A stretch of 50,608 nucleotides of DNA from Octopus bimaculoides (taxonomy: Eukaryota), in contig NC_068984.1 of NCBI RefSeq assembly GCF_001194135.2, positions 16,946,664 to 16,997,271 of the forward strand. The letters are read 5' to 3'. Positions within the stretch are counted from its first letter, which is position 1. Every line of letters starts with the position of its first letter. Shown here piece by piece: positions 1-11,300 of this stretch. The notes under the pieces are model-generated. The model saw only the letters and a program-made list of their open reading frames with translations. It did no database searches and had not been told where the DNA came from. A program made the translations under genes and the position numbers.

Positions 1-29
1 ATAGTGTAATTATCTCGGGCCAGGGTAAA

Positions 30-541
30 GACTTGCAGCTGCCAATAAGAATACGTGCATTCTTCTGGCAGCAAGTTTAATACCTTCCATAAATTGGAAT
101 CTAGAGAGTTATTGTTTTTAGTAACAGGTACAGATGTCTGGACGAATGACTACTCTTTTCACTGATCCCCACAATCTCTATTGTCTGAGTGTGCACCAAC
201 GAGTTTGTAGAAAGTACAAAATTTTTACTTTGGCTGACCTGAAAGTGAGTATACCCAAGATCTCCAAGAGAATTGTATGCAGCCCAAGAATCACTATATA
301 TTATGGACCCTTGGCGTATGTGGGGGGTAATTAACGGAATCTCGCCTTTCCTCTTTACCACACTCAGATGAAGGAGGTATCAAAAATTACTTTTTTGTTT
401 CGCGTTCTATTCTACCGAAAAGCCCGATGGTTTTTACAAGTCTTCCACGATTATATTTTCTCTTTACAATAACCGTCTCATCAATTTCCACTTCGACTCC
501 TGGCCCACCGATATGATCCTGGTGATTCTCTATCCAATGCC
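30..541 (-). pseudogene. Merlin (IS1595/ISXO2-like) DDE transposase remnant, copy A
   Basis: Minus strand reads HIGGPGVEVEIDETVIVKRKYNRGRLVKTIGLFGRIERETKK*, then after a frameshift IRQGSIIYSDSWAAYNSLGDLGYTH...HTQTIE. All three DDE motifs are present, but a stop and a frameshift break the frame. Confidence 0.9.
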
Positions 542-555
542 TGAAAAGAAAGATC

Positions 556-1865
556 GGCACTGTCATGGTATTAGCTGTCAGAAGTGAAAGTAGAAAAATC
601 TGCTAGTGAGCTATTTGTTTGCCTGTTGGTTTGAGTTGATACTTTGGCTACTGACTCGCCGGAGCGATCTCTATCTATCTAACTATCAATCACTCGTCCA
701 CCTTCTTAGAAAACACAAATTTAATATAAAAATATATTTTCTGAAATTGCAAATTATTTAAAATATAAAAATATAATTTTCAACAGAGAGAATTTATCAA
801 AATAGAAAACAAATGAAGTTTGAAGTTAAGTTTAAAAATAAATGTGATACTTATGCTCCGTAGATACTTACACTCTGTAATGTTTCAAACGCATGGATAT
901 AGGTGTCGAATTTGTTCCAATAACTTCTCGAAGATTTCGTCCTTAAATTCATAACGCCACATGAATTCAATCAGATGCGACTGCAGNNNNNNNNNNNNNN
1001 NNNNNNNNNNNNNNNNNNNNNNNNNNNNNNNNNNNNNNNNNNNNNNNNNNNNNNNNNNNNNNNNNNNNNNNNNNNNNNNNNNNNNNNNNNNNNNNNNNNN
1101 NNNNNNNNNNNNNNNNNNNNNNNNNNNNNNNNNNNNNNNNNNNNNNNNNNNNNNNNNNNNNNNNNNNNNNNNNNNNNNNNNNNNNNNNNNNNNNNNNNNN
1201 NNNNNNNNNNNNNNNNNNNNNNNNNNNNNNNNNNNNNNNNNNNNNNNNNNNNNNNNNNNNNNNNNNNNNNNNNNNNNNNNNNNNNNNNNNNNNNNNNNNN
1301 NNNNNNNNNNNNNNNNNNNNNNNNNNNNNNNNNNNNNNNNNNNNNNNNNNNNNNNNNNNNNNNNNNNNNNNNNNNNNNNNNNNNNNNNNNNNNNNNNNNN
1401 NNNNNNNNNNNNNNNNNNNNNNNNNNNNNNNNNNNNNNNNNNNNNNNNNNNNNNNNNNNNNNNNNNNNNNNNNNNNNNNNNNNNNNNNNNNNNNNNNNNN
1501 NNNNNNNNNNNNNNNNNNNNNNNNNNNNNNNNNNNNNNNNNNNNNNNNNNNNNNNNNNNNNNNNNNNNNNNNNNNNNNNNNNNNNNNNNNNNNNNNNNNN
1601 NNNNNNNNNNNNNNNNNNNNNNNNNNNNNNNNNNNNNNNNNNNNNNNNNNNNNNNNNNNNNNNNNNNNNNNNNNNNNNNNNNNNNNNNNNNNNNNNNNNN
1701 NNNNNNNNNNNNNNNNNNNNNNNNNNNNNNNNNNNNNNNNNNNNNNNNNNNNNNNNNNNNNNNNNNNNNNNNNNNNNNNNNNNNNNNNNNNNNNNATAAT
1801 ATATCTATAATTTGTTCACATTTCAATGTACTATTTTCTAGAAATATCGCGGTGATTAATTCCAT
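556..1865 (-). mobile_element. Merlin element copy B (mostly in an N gap)
   Basis: GGCAC-starting TIR-like end at 556, shared with the sequence at ~2073. C-terminus LQSHLIEFMWRYEFKDEIFEKLLEQIRHLYP* at 885-986 and FLENSTLKCEQIIDI at 1796-1865 flank the 987-1795 gap. Confidence 0.7.
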
Positions 1866-2072
1866 TTACACTGGGATATGCAGAAGTCATAGTGAAAATC
1901 CGAAAGTGAAAAACCTTCAACTAATTTTTTCACGTGTTGATTTCAAAGTGAACAACTTTGAATTACGCGCGCTGGTGGGGCTGATGGGTGTATCTGATTT
2001 GGTTGTTATTTCTAGCATGTAAATAGCCTGCTTGGGAAGTGGGAGGGGTTGAAATTTTGAATTTGAGATTTT

Positions 2073-2850
2073 GGCACTATCACGCTATTAGCTGTCAGAA
2101 GTGAAAGTGGTCGCTGTCTGTCTGCCTGTCTGCCTGCTGAGCTATCTGTGTGTCCGTCTGTCTGTCTGCCTGCTGGTTTGAGTTGATACTTTGGCTTACT
2201 TACTTACTGATATCTATCTACTATGTATCTATCTATCAATTATTAGAANNNNNNNNNNNNNNNNNNNNNNNNNNNNNNNNNNNNNNNNNNNNNNNNNNNN
2301 NNNNNNNNNNNNNNNNNNNNNNNNNNNNNNNNNNNNNNNNNNNNNNNNNNNNNNNNNNNNNNNNNNNNNNNNNNNNNNNNNNNNNNNNNNNNNNNNNNNN
2401 NNNNNNNNNNNNNNNNNNNNNNNNNNNNNNNNNNNNNNNNNNNNNNNNNNNNNNNNNNNNNNNNNNNNNNNNNNNNNNNNNNNNNNNNNNNNNNNNNNNN
2501 NNNNNNNNNNNNNNNNNNNNNNNNNNNNNNNNNNNNNNNNNNNNNNNNNNNNNNNNNNNNNNNNNNNNNNNNNNNNNNNNNNNNNNNNNNNNNNNNNNNN
2601 NNNNNNNNNNNNNNNNNNNNNNNNNNNNNNNNNNNNNNNNNNNNNNNNNNNNNNNNNNNNNNNNNNNNNNNNNNNNNNNNNNNNNNNNNNNNNNNNNNNN
2701 NNNNNNNNNNNNNNNNNNNNNNNNNNNNNNNNNNNNNNNNNNNNNNNNNNNNNNNNNNNNNNNNNNNNNNNNNNNNNNNNNNNNNNNNNNNNNNNNNATT
2801 ATTGTTGTTCCTGGTAATATCCGCTCTTGTAGAATCGGAATCTCCATAGC
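2073..2850 (-). mobile_element. Merlin element copy C (mostly in an N gap)
   Basis: 2073-2248 repeats the terminal sequence at 556-720 (ggcact.tca...tattagctgtcagaagtgaaagt; ggtttgagttgatactttggct). IPILQERILPGTTI at 2799-2847 is the Merlin motif that precedes the second catalytic Asp. Confidence 0.65.
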
Positions 2851-3427
2851 CTAAAACGTGGGATTCCGTTAAAAAAAAAAAATAAGGGGGGGAAAGATTC
2901 AGATTACATATAGTCCATCTGGACCGCGAGGGTCCAGACTAGTCATTTTCACAAAGTAATATAAAATAATATAAAATACAAACAATTAAATACAAGAAAA
3001 AAATTAAGGTGTTCACACACAGTGTAAACAAAATAAAATGAAAAAATAAGCAAGAAAAAATGAACAAATAGCTATTAAATTATACAACGAACAAAATAAA
3101 ATGAAAAAATAAGCAACACACGTGTTTACGAACAGTCTAGCCCATAGGAAATGACAGAATAGGGATTAATACCATATACACCGTTACAGCAGTAACTGTA
3201 TTCAACTGAATAGACGTCAGTGATTGGTTGAAATTATCCGAAATAAGACAATTTTTTAACGTGAAATAACTTCGAATACAAAATTTTTTTATCTGTTCTA
3301 TAACACAAAATATACAAGTATACGAAGTTTGAAAGTGTTTCGGTACCAAAAACACTACATAAAACATAAATGAAAAGTGGTGCCCGTCAATTCAGAAAGA
3401 CCCCTTACCTTTCGCCCCAGAAAAACA

Positions 3428-3661
3428 TCAATACATGTCAAACCATGTGTCTTTCCTCACTGACACAGACTCCATGCATTCTCGGTGCGAGCATCGCCAG
3501 TACATATTCCCACCACGTCTTTTTGTATTCATAACATGCTTCTTCCTTTTACATAATTTTCTTTGGGGTAAAACACCCGTTTCTTGTGGGTACGACACAG
3601 CATCCTCCTCCGTCCTCAGTGTCCCCATCATAGAAGCGAGGTTGCCGGAGCTTGCTGCCAT
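3428..3661 (-). pseudogene. Merlin transposase N-terminal Zn-finger fragment (77 aa)
   Basis: MAASSGN...AVSYPQETGVLPQRKLC...YWRCSHRECMESVSVRKDTWF* matches the Merlin N-terminal C..WRC..C..S(I/V)RK.TF pattern. The frame stops right after it. Confidence 0.7.
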
Positions 3662-3811
3662 AGTCGAACAAACTTTAAAATTATTCACTTTCGGAAAGTT
3701 ATGATGAAACAAAGTTGGGCGGGTGGGTGAATCACACATGTGGAGGTATACCCGAAAAAGTACACAGGAATATGTTGAGACGAATCATCTTTTACAAACT
3801 TTTCAAAAATC

Positions 3812-4699
3812 TCATTGTGGGTAAATTTCCGCAATATGATTTATAAAGGTCTTATAATTTTCCCAAGATTTATCGCATTTCATGTGGTAGAATTCTCTGT
3901 ACACGGCCTCCTCCACGTGCAACCATCTCATGTTCCCGCTCGATCCGGATTTATATTTCAGTTTACTTTTTATTCGGGAGCAATATGCCTCCACATGATT
4001 GGTAGTTGCACCACTCTCTGGGTCCACAAAATTCCGAGAGTGGTCCACAGTATTGTGGATATAGCCAAGTCTTTGGAGTTCACGGTAACTGGCCCACTCA
4101 TCTGTAAATATAATGGACCCTTGTACTACATTTTCCATTATGACCGCCTCCACTGTCTCTGCCTTTGTATCTGGAATGTGTTGCATGTATCCTATCTTCT
4201 GAGTGTTGTCGTAGAATCCAACAACCCAGAATGACTGTTCAACATGTTCAACTTGATTGTTGTCTTTGAACATTAAACATTTCTTTACTTCTACAACATG
4301 ATTTGGGCCACCCAATTTCTTTCTGTTTCTTATTAATATTTTCGAACATATTTCGCGGCAATACTGATACCATTGAATGGCCGTACACTTGCTGACATTG
4401 TTCATGGACATTGAGCTTGATACTGGCATTTCGCAGATGAAATCTAATATTATGCTAAAAATTTTGAAGACTGGCAACTGACTTCTTTCTAGAAATGTAT
4501 TCTTCCGAATTGAGACAGTTTTCTTGCACTTGCGGCATCTCCAAGTAACGCCGTCTGTTGCACGCTGGAAGGGTAATACGGACATTTCATTACGGCATGA
4601 ACATCTCTTATCTTGTGAAATTAATTTATTCTCCTGTAAATACTGCACAAAATAATCTTTGGACAGTAGTTTCATCATCTCAAACCTTGGACTATCCAT
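3812..4699 (-). CDS. Intact single-exon Merlin/ISXO2-like transposase-derived protein, 295 aa, first catalytic Asp lost
   Basis: Uninterrupted ATG-to-TGA ORF. Contains the CxC..WRCxxC Zn region, SIRKNTFLE, LGGPNHVVEVKK (canonical VEIDE), GSIIFTDEW, HNTVDHSRNFVDP and TTNHVE. Confidence 0.85.
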   Translation of the reverse strand: MDSPRFEMMKLLSKDYFVQYLQENKLISQDKRCSCRNEMSVLPFQRATDGVTWRCRKCKKTVSIRKNTFLERSQLPVFKIFSIILDFICEMPVSSSMSMNNVSKCTAIQWYQYCREICSKILIRNRKKLGGPNHVVEVKKCLMFKDNNQVEHVEQSFWVVGFYDNTQKIGYMQHIPDTKAETVEAVIMENVVQGSIIFTDEWASYRELQRLGYIHNTVDHSRNFVDPESGATTNHVEAYCSRIKSKLKYKSGSSGNMRWLHVEEAVYREFYHMKCDKSWENYKTFINHIAEIYPQ

Positions 4700-6554
4700 T
4701 TTCAGTAATAAGAATTAAAAATTTGTTTAAAAAAAGTTTAAAAGTTTCATGTATAATGAAATTATTGTTTCGACTTCCGCGATATAACACCTCCGAATTT
4801 CTTTTCAATTGTGGCGACGTATCACGAATTTTCCCGCCGATGTACCAGAATTAATTTCTATTCCAAAGAGGGGGAGGTATTCTATGAACTTGTCATTACA
4901 ATGTATTACCTCGTTGCATTAAGAGATTTATAAGAATAAGCTGACTTCTTAAGTCTCCCCAAGTTCAAGATGGGAGCAGGGCTGATTAGAAATGTAAAAC
5001 CCCTGTTTTATTGTTTGACCGCATTTAGTGCACACACAAAAACAGAGAGAGGAGTTGATCAAAAGAATACGAATAAAATTGTAACTGAGTACATTTTCGT
5101 AATTTGCATAAATTAATTTGCATAATTAACGAAGTTTTCAGTACGAGTTATTTGGCATCAAAGTTTAAATAGATATGCAAAATAGAGATTTAGAAAAGAA
5201 AAAAAAATCAGAAGTCTTAATTTGCCCTGCATACGCACAACATTACAGTTCTACAATTGATATTACGACAAAACTTTTATTTTCGTCTTCGTGATGGGCG
5301 GATTTACAAACCTGGTTTTAGATAAAATAAATAAATATATAAATAAATCAATAAAATCCCTCAAGATTTGCGGATTTTACTAAATTCTTCAGAAATCGCA
5401 CAAATTAAAAAACCCTCAAATTTGAGAATTTTAGCGTGTGGTTATGTGTTTTTTTTTTTATCTTTCATAAATCCTAAAGTAAAATGAAAAGGATTTTTTT
5501 TTTCTAACAATAATTTGCCCATACTTTATTGTGTTGATAAATAATTATTCTGAGTATAGATTAAAATTGAGAAAAATCGAAATTCAATGCGTTGTTAATC
5601 TGAGGAAAAAGTACTTTCCAGGCATTTAGCTGTTATTTCTAGCATACCGAACTTTCTGGCGAGGGCTTTATTATTTTCGTCTGCAGTTTCAGGAGTAATG
5701 TACGCATGCACAAAAGAACTTATACACTACATAAAACATTTGGTTTCGTAAGGGGTGGAGAGCAATGGAGGATGTTTTCTAAAAGTTAAAATTCAAAAAC
5801 ATTTTTTGTTTTCAAACTGGTCATCTACGTATATTATTAATAAAATGTCGGAAAAAAATGAAAAATAAAAAAATGGTGGAGAATTAAAATTTTGAAAACT
5901 TCTTTTTTTTTTGCAAAATCGTAATCCACGATATCGTAAACATTTGTTTGGTCTGTTGAAAACTGACAGACGAAACAAAAATGTTGTAAAAATACGGAGA
6001 TCCTTTGAATAATACGGCGAAGAAGGATATTTAGTAAAAGAACTGTTGCGTCTAAAAAATTGTAAAACCGCGGGAGAAAAAAATTATTTACTACCGAAAT
6101 CGAGCTGGGTGTGAAACTATAAATTTACCTTTTTTTCTTCAACGTTTTTTTTTAATGTTACCATCTCAATTAATTTCCTAATATATCGCAAATGCGTTTT
6201 TCATTAACCAAACAAAATTTTGCAGAACTTAGAAATTCACTCATAGAATGTAAATTCACAATCCTCACAGAAAGACATATTCCTTCAACTTTAAAAACCG
6301 AATAAAATTATAAATAATTGATCGGAAATCCCTAAGCATCTATGTGATTGGCCTTATTATATACGTCATAAAAATACTGTCCAGTAATTGTGAACAGGAC
6401 GGCATTGTTCGATCTGGTAAAAGATTCGATTTCAGACCGAGCGGTGCCACACCATTAAAAACTTTCAGTGGCGTACTGTCACTACCATCGATTTCGTTTA
6501 TATGACAGGTACTATATTTTATCGAACCCGAAGAGGTGAAAGTCAAAGTTACCT

Positions 6555-6921
6555 CTTTTACTTTTTTACTTGTTTCAGTCATTTGACTGCGGCCATGCTG
6601 GAGCACCGCCTTTAGTCGAGCTAATCGACCCCAGGACTTATTCTTTGTAAGCCTAGTACTTATTCTATCGGTCTCTTTTGGGACGTAAACACACAAGCAT
6701 CGGTTGTCACGCGATGGTGGGGGGGGGGACAAACACATACATATATATGACAGGCTTCTTTCAGTTTCCGTCTACCAAATCCACTCACGAGGCTTTGGTC
6801 GGCCCGAGGCTATAGTAGAAGACACTGGCACAAGGTGCCACGCAGTGGGACTGAACCCAGAACCATGTGGTTCATAAGCAAACTACTTTATTTCATTACC
6901 ACACTGCCACTCCAGCGCCTA
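6555..6921 (-). mobile_element. tRNA-derived SINE, family A
   Basis: Multi-copy in the window (cagtcatttgactgcggccatgctggagcac...gaagacacttgcccaaggtgcc). Minus-strand head has A/B-box-like motifs and there is an internal microsatellite. Confidence 0.8.
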
Positions 6922-7704
6922 TGTAGATTCGAACGTTAAGAACCGGAACAACTACTGCAAGATAGTTTTGCCGATTGTAAAAGAGATTGGTGGAGGAAAT
7001 TTTTGTCAAAGAAAGCATTCGCTATTTTGATTTATTCGGTAATCCTTTCAATACATAATAACGTACTTGATCGATCCAATTAGCTTCGAAATCCAATTAT
7101 CCATTCTGAAATCGACGATTTGGATGACTATCATTACGGTATTCTTTCGAAAGAATACCATTATTAATATCAAAGAGCGTTAAGAGTGACAACGTAGACT
7201 TTCCTGCTTTTGTTTACGTAGTCATCGTGTCTTCCTTTAAAAATAATACGATCAGATTTTAATATTTAAAGAACGAAAATATTCGACGATGAACTTAAAT
7301 GGCTGGGACTCACGATTCACAATAGAGCCTAAACAACGTTATAACGACACATAAATAGTTACTAGGGTTATAATATACGATGTTTTTTTTAAAATTTGTT
7401 GCCTGATAAGAGTTTATTAATTATGAACTTCAAAATTCAAATAATTTCTGAAATAGCATCGATATTACCCATTAAAAGGGAAAAAAATATCGATTAACAT
7501 CTTAAAGTACTGGCCGAAACGAACAAAATACAAAAAATAACAATAGTTTCACATAACCCAAAAGATTAGTAGAGACTTTCGAAATACAAATCATATTTAT
7601 TCGCAAATTATTTCTAGTATACTTAAAATACATTAAAATATAATTTTAAAATCGGGTGATTAGTATGCTTTAAATATATTAAAACAAACTCCTTTCCCAG
7701 CTGC

Positions 7705-7796
7705 GCCCGCATAGCTCAGTCGGTAGAGCATCAGACTTTTAAGACTCTTTCTAAGAAGGAATCTGAGGGTCGTGGGTTCGAGTCCCCCTGTGGGCG
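7705..7796 (+). tRNA. tRNA-Lys-TTT: tRNA-Lys(UUU) with a 19-nt intron (7742-7760)
   Basis: Acceptor stem GCCCGCA/TGTGGGC; D arm TAGCTCAGTCGGTAGAGC; anticodon stem TCAGA/TCTGA with TTT at 7738-7740; intron between positions 37 and 38; T loop TTCGAGT (one T.C mismatch in the T stem); discriminator G. Confidence 0.92.
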
Positions 7797-7803
7797 AAGG
7801 CAG

Positions 7804-7812
7804 TTTTTTTTT
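7804..7812 (+). terminator. RNA Pol III oligo-T terminator of the tRNA gene
   Basis: T run starting 8 nt after the tRNA 3' end. Confidence 0.75.
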
Positions 7813-9844
7813 TCTTTTCTTTTTAATACAGTAAATTTCATTTCGGATTATTTAAGTTGATAAATATACATAAGGAAACAACTCAGGATTAGTTTGTTTG
7901 GTTTTTCTCCATTCTTTCTGATTTTCTTTTATCAGTTATCCTCTTTTAGTTCCGAACTACTAACAGCCCATGCTTCTGTTCTGAAAAAAGAAAATCTTTA
8001 ATCATTGGATGATGAACAAGAAACGGCGAAATTCTATATTTTGTTGGTGAAATAGTACTATTTCAGCTGTAGCAAACAACGAGGGACTAGCTCTATTTTC
8101 AACTGAATCTACCATTATATGTTAAAATGGTGTCAGTCGAAATGTTAATAGCCGACAAGCCAGTGTTATACTATTACGCACTCGTTGCCACTGGCTCAGG
8201 AACAAAATTTGCTGATGGGGTGCAAACCCAGGTCCAAAATTTTTTACAAACAAGGTCTTGTTTTTTTTTTTGTTCTGTTATTTATTTTTGTGATTTGTTC
8301 TTTGGGAAGGAACTTAACTTCAAGCTATTTTTCAAGCTATTTTTTACTCATCACTTTTTTATTCACTGTTTTGTAATCCTGAGAAAAATAAGTAGGGTTG
8401 CAAATTTTGGTTCTGCACTCCGTAAAAATTCTAGGGGGTGCGGCTTGCACCACCTGCACCCCCTATTCCCGGGCCCCGTTGCATATAATTGATATCGTTC
8501 CTAATTGGCAACATATTTCATGACTATATAAAAATTTGGTTTGAGTAATGAAAAATTTCCTGTTACAACAAATTATAGCTAGATGTTAAAAATATCTAAA
8601 AGCTAATCTGGGCAGTGCGTTGGTAAATTAAATTGATTTCATGGATATTTTGACATTTCTTCTTTTCTAGGGCCCCATGAAAATGAAGGCATTTGCTTTT
8701 CATGATGACCAAAAAGTGCAATAGTTTTTATGGGAGAAAGGTGAAAACTTTACCAATTTGTTTAAATATAAATGAGGAACAAGACTAATATCTTTAATTA
8801 GTTTCTCATCAGTTTCAGTTCAAATTCATAGCGACAGTAGATTTTGAATAAAATGCTCTGTGCATATATCACAGTGATAGTTCTTCCTAGTTGGCACTCA
8901 AATGCTCTTAGTTTCATGCAATGTATGTTATACGTCCAGTAATACAGGTGCTTGATGACTTTCACAAGAGATAATCTTCTTAGGAAAATAGTGTTCGCAA
9001 TGAATATTTCTTGCGACAGAGCTCTCTTTGTAATTGGGGCTTATCATTTTAACTCCTCTTTTAGCATTTGATATATAGCTGGCTGCCTTATTTCACGTTA
9101 AATCTTGATCACAAAATATTTGGTTAGTCAAACTTAAATAATGAAAACTTCACACTACACGGTTTATTGTGTCTAGCCGACACTCTGCTGTTTGTTATCT
9201 CACTTTTGTTTCCTAATGATTGCGTTTTGTTGGAGAACACTTTCAAGGTTTGAGCCTGGAAAACGTTTATTTCTGGCAAGGTAAAGATTTTCACTTACTT
9301 GGGACATAGGAACGAGGAGCTGATATTTTCATATCAAGTCGAATAGAAATGCTCAGTAATAAATACTCTACTTTATTTTCATCAATTAATACATTCCTAT
9401 ATTACAACCCATTGATTAAAAATAAAAAATTCCCTTTTTCGCTATAGAAAACAAGGAAAACAAGGAAGCTGGTCTTCGTCCCGGTTTTGAAGACTGGGCT
9501 TCGAGAACCATTTTCGAAATAGAATTATTTCACATTCTCTCGAAAGTTTATAAAGTCTTATATTAACCACTATTTTCCAATTAATATTTCAGTCAATTAA
9601 AAACTTTTCTTTTATGTGAGTGGTCAGATTCCTCTTCATCATACACCAAACTCAATAGCGTGGGTTATCAGCGTCAGGGCTAAGGCAAGTGCTGTAGACA
9701 GGGCGCACTATTCTATTTATTTATTCTACTTTATTTGTATTCTCTTTGATGATTTTTCACTCAGGTTTAAATATTCATGTTGCACTGCTCAGATGAAAGA
9801 GTCAAATTTATGAAGGGAGGTAATCAGCAAGCACTTGGTACAAA

Positions 9845-10012
9845 ATGGCTGATTCACGACGTTGTTATGCGGCACTCTTGAATGGTTTAGCTAGAAGAAA
9901 CTATTTTGGTGAAAAAGAATTAAGCAATGGAGTCTTGAAAGAACAAATATATCCCAAACTATCGGATGAGGAATTTGAACATCTTGTCACAAAATGTACA
10001 GCTCTTATAAAG
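9845..10012 (+). CDS. COMMD1: COMM domain protein 1, exon 1 of 3 (56 codons)
   Basis: MADSRRCYAALLNGLARRNYF...QIYPKLSDEEF...ALIK followed by AAG|gtaaaa (phase 0). Resembles the COMMD1 N-terminus. Confidence 0.9.
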
Positions 10013-11300
10013 GTAAAAACTACACACAATCTTTAAGACACACCCCTTCAAATCAGCTGATATCCCTTCAATTATATTACAGTTATAATTTCTAAAAACT
10101 TTTATTCATAAATTTATTGACATAAAAGCCCTTCGAATGACTTTCTGTTTAATGTGGTAACCCTCTGCTATCGTATATTATTTTCTTTATCATCATTTAG
10201 CGTAGGTTAGCGTAGCCACATTGTTAGATAGTTGTCCAATATAATTTATCCCTTACTTCATTCAAACATGACTTCTACTCTCTCAATTTCGACTGGAAAG
10301 TAGACAGTTTGCTAAGTAGCTAGAAAAAGCAGCCATCCAAGTAGAAGTACTATCATTCAAAATAAATGGGTGATTTGAGAATGAGCACTGGTATGGATAA
10401 GCAAGCCAAAACTCGCTTCTAATACACCTATCATCAAGTATTGCAGAATTCTCTAACTGCAAAAGGCTATTTTCGTTGATATGAGTACTAGAGAATACGT
10501 TGTTATTCTACACAACTATTCTTACTGCTTATAATATAGAACTGTATTTTTCTGTAATTCGGTACCTTTGTTTTAATATCGACGGATTCGCTGGTAAATA
10601 CCATGGTTGAGGTCCTATGTAATCGGCGCTTCGTATGAGTTTGGAATGCTCATTTTGTGTCTTTCAAAGATTTTATTTCGAATTTTAATATTATCAAGAA
10701 AACTGAAATATATCCTCTTCAAATTTCTATTTATTCCATTTACAAAATTATGTTTGAAATCGTACAACTTTTGATCATTTCACTTTGATAAAAAAATAAT
10801 TAAAAAAAGTAGCATGTTTGAATCAACATTGGTATGTATAACAACTAGCAGAACATTCTACATTTTGAAATGTTCTTATTTCTATTTTGAATTTTAATAT
10901 CATTTTTGGTAATTTGAGAAATTTGATAGAAAACACTGGAAGTATAACTACAGTTCAGTATCCCTTGACATTGTTTCCTCATAACAAATATTGTATGTAT
11001 GTTTTTTTTAATGAAATTTTGCAGAGATCGTTTTCAAAGGTGTGGATTGCAATTATTTTGATAACATTAAAATTAGAAGGAGGGGATGTTTCGGATTATT
11101 CTATTCCCTCATTGTTTTCTTATAACTCTCTTTAAAATGCATATTTTTAAATGGCATTTTGCAGAAATACATAATGTTGGTGCTTCAAACATACATCTGA
11201 AAAAAAAAAGTGGAAAATGTTTAAGTTCCAGAACGATCCAAAGGAATGATCCAAAACTCCTCCTTAAAGCGTTTTTTCCCTAAATTTTATCAATCTATAC

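Noticed and set aside
885-2854. Long ORFs in the track (326, 353, 274, 234, 208, 203 aa)
   Set aside because: Their length comes from runs of N. Only the short flanking Merlin motifs are real evidence.
3815-4234. 139-aa plus-strand ORF
   Set aside because: Antisense shadow of the Merlin-derived CDS with no recognisable motifs.
1-4699. Bacterial IS1595 contamination or recent horizontal transfer
   Set aside because: The region is contiguous with host SINEs, a eukaryotic tRNA and spliced genes. The motifs and the GGCAC end fit the eukaryotic Merlin superfamily.
6340-6738. 132-aa minus-strand ORF
   Set aside because: The first half is SINE sequence. The rest has no recognisable domain or convincing splice sites.
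8804-8816. CTGATGAGAAAC on the minus strand as a hammerhead core
   Set aside because: There is no room for stem II between CTGATGA and GAAA, and no stem I or III.
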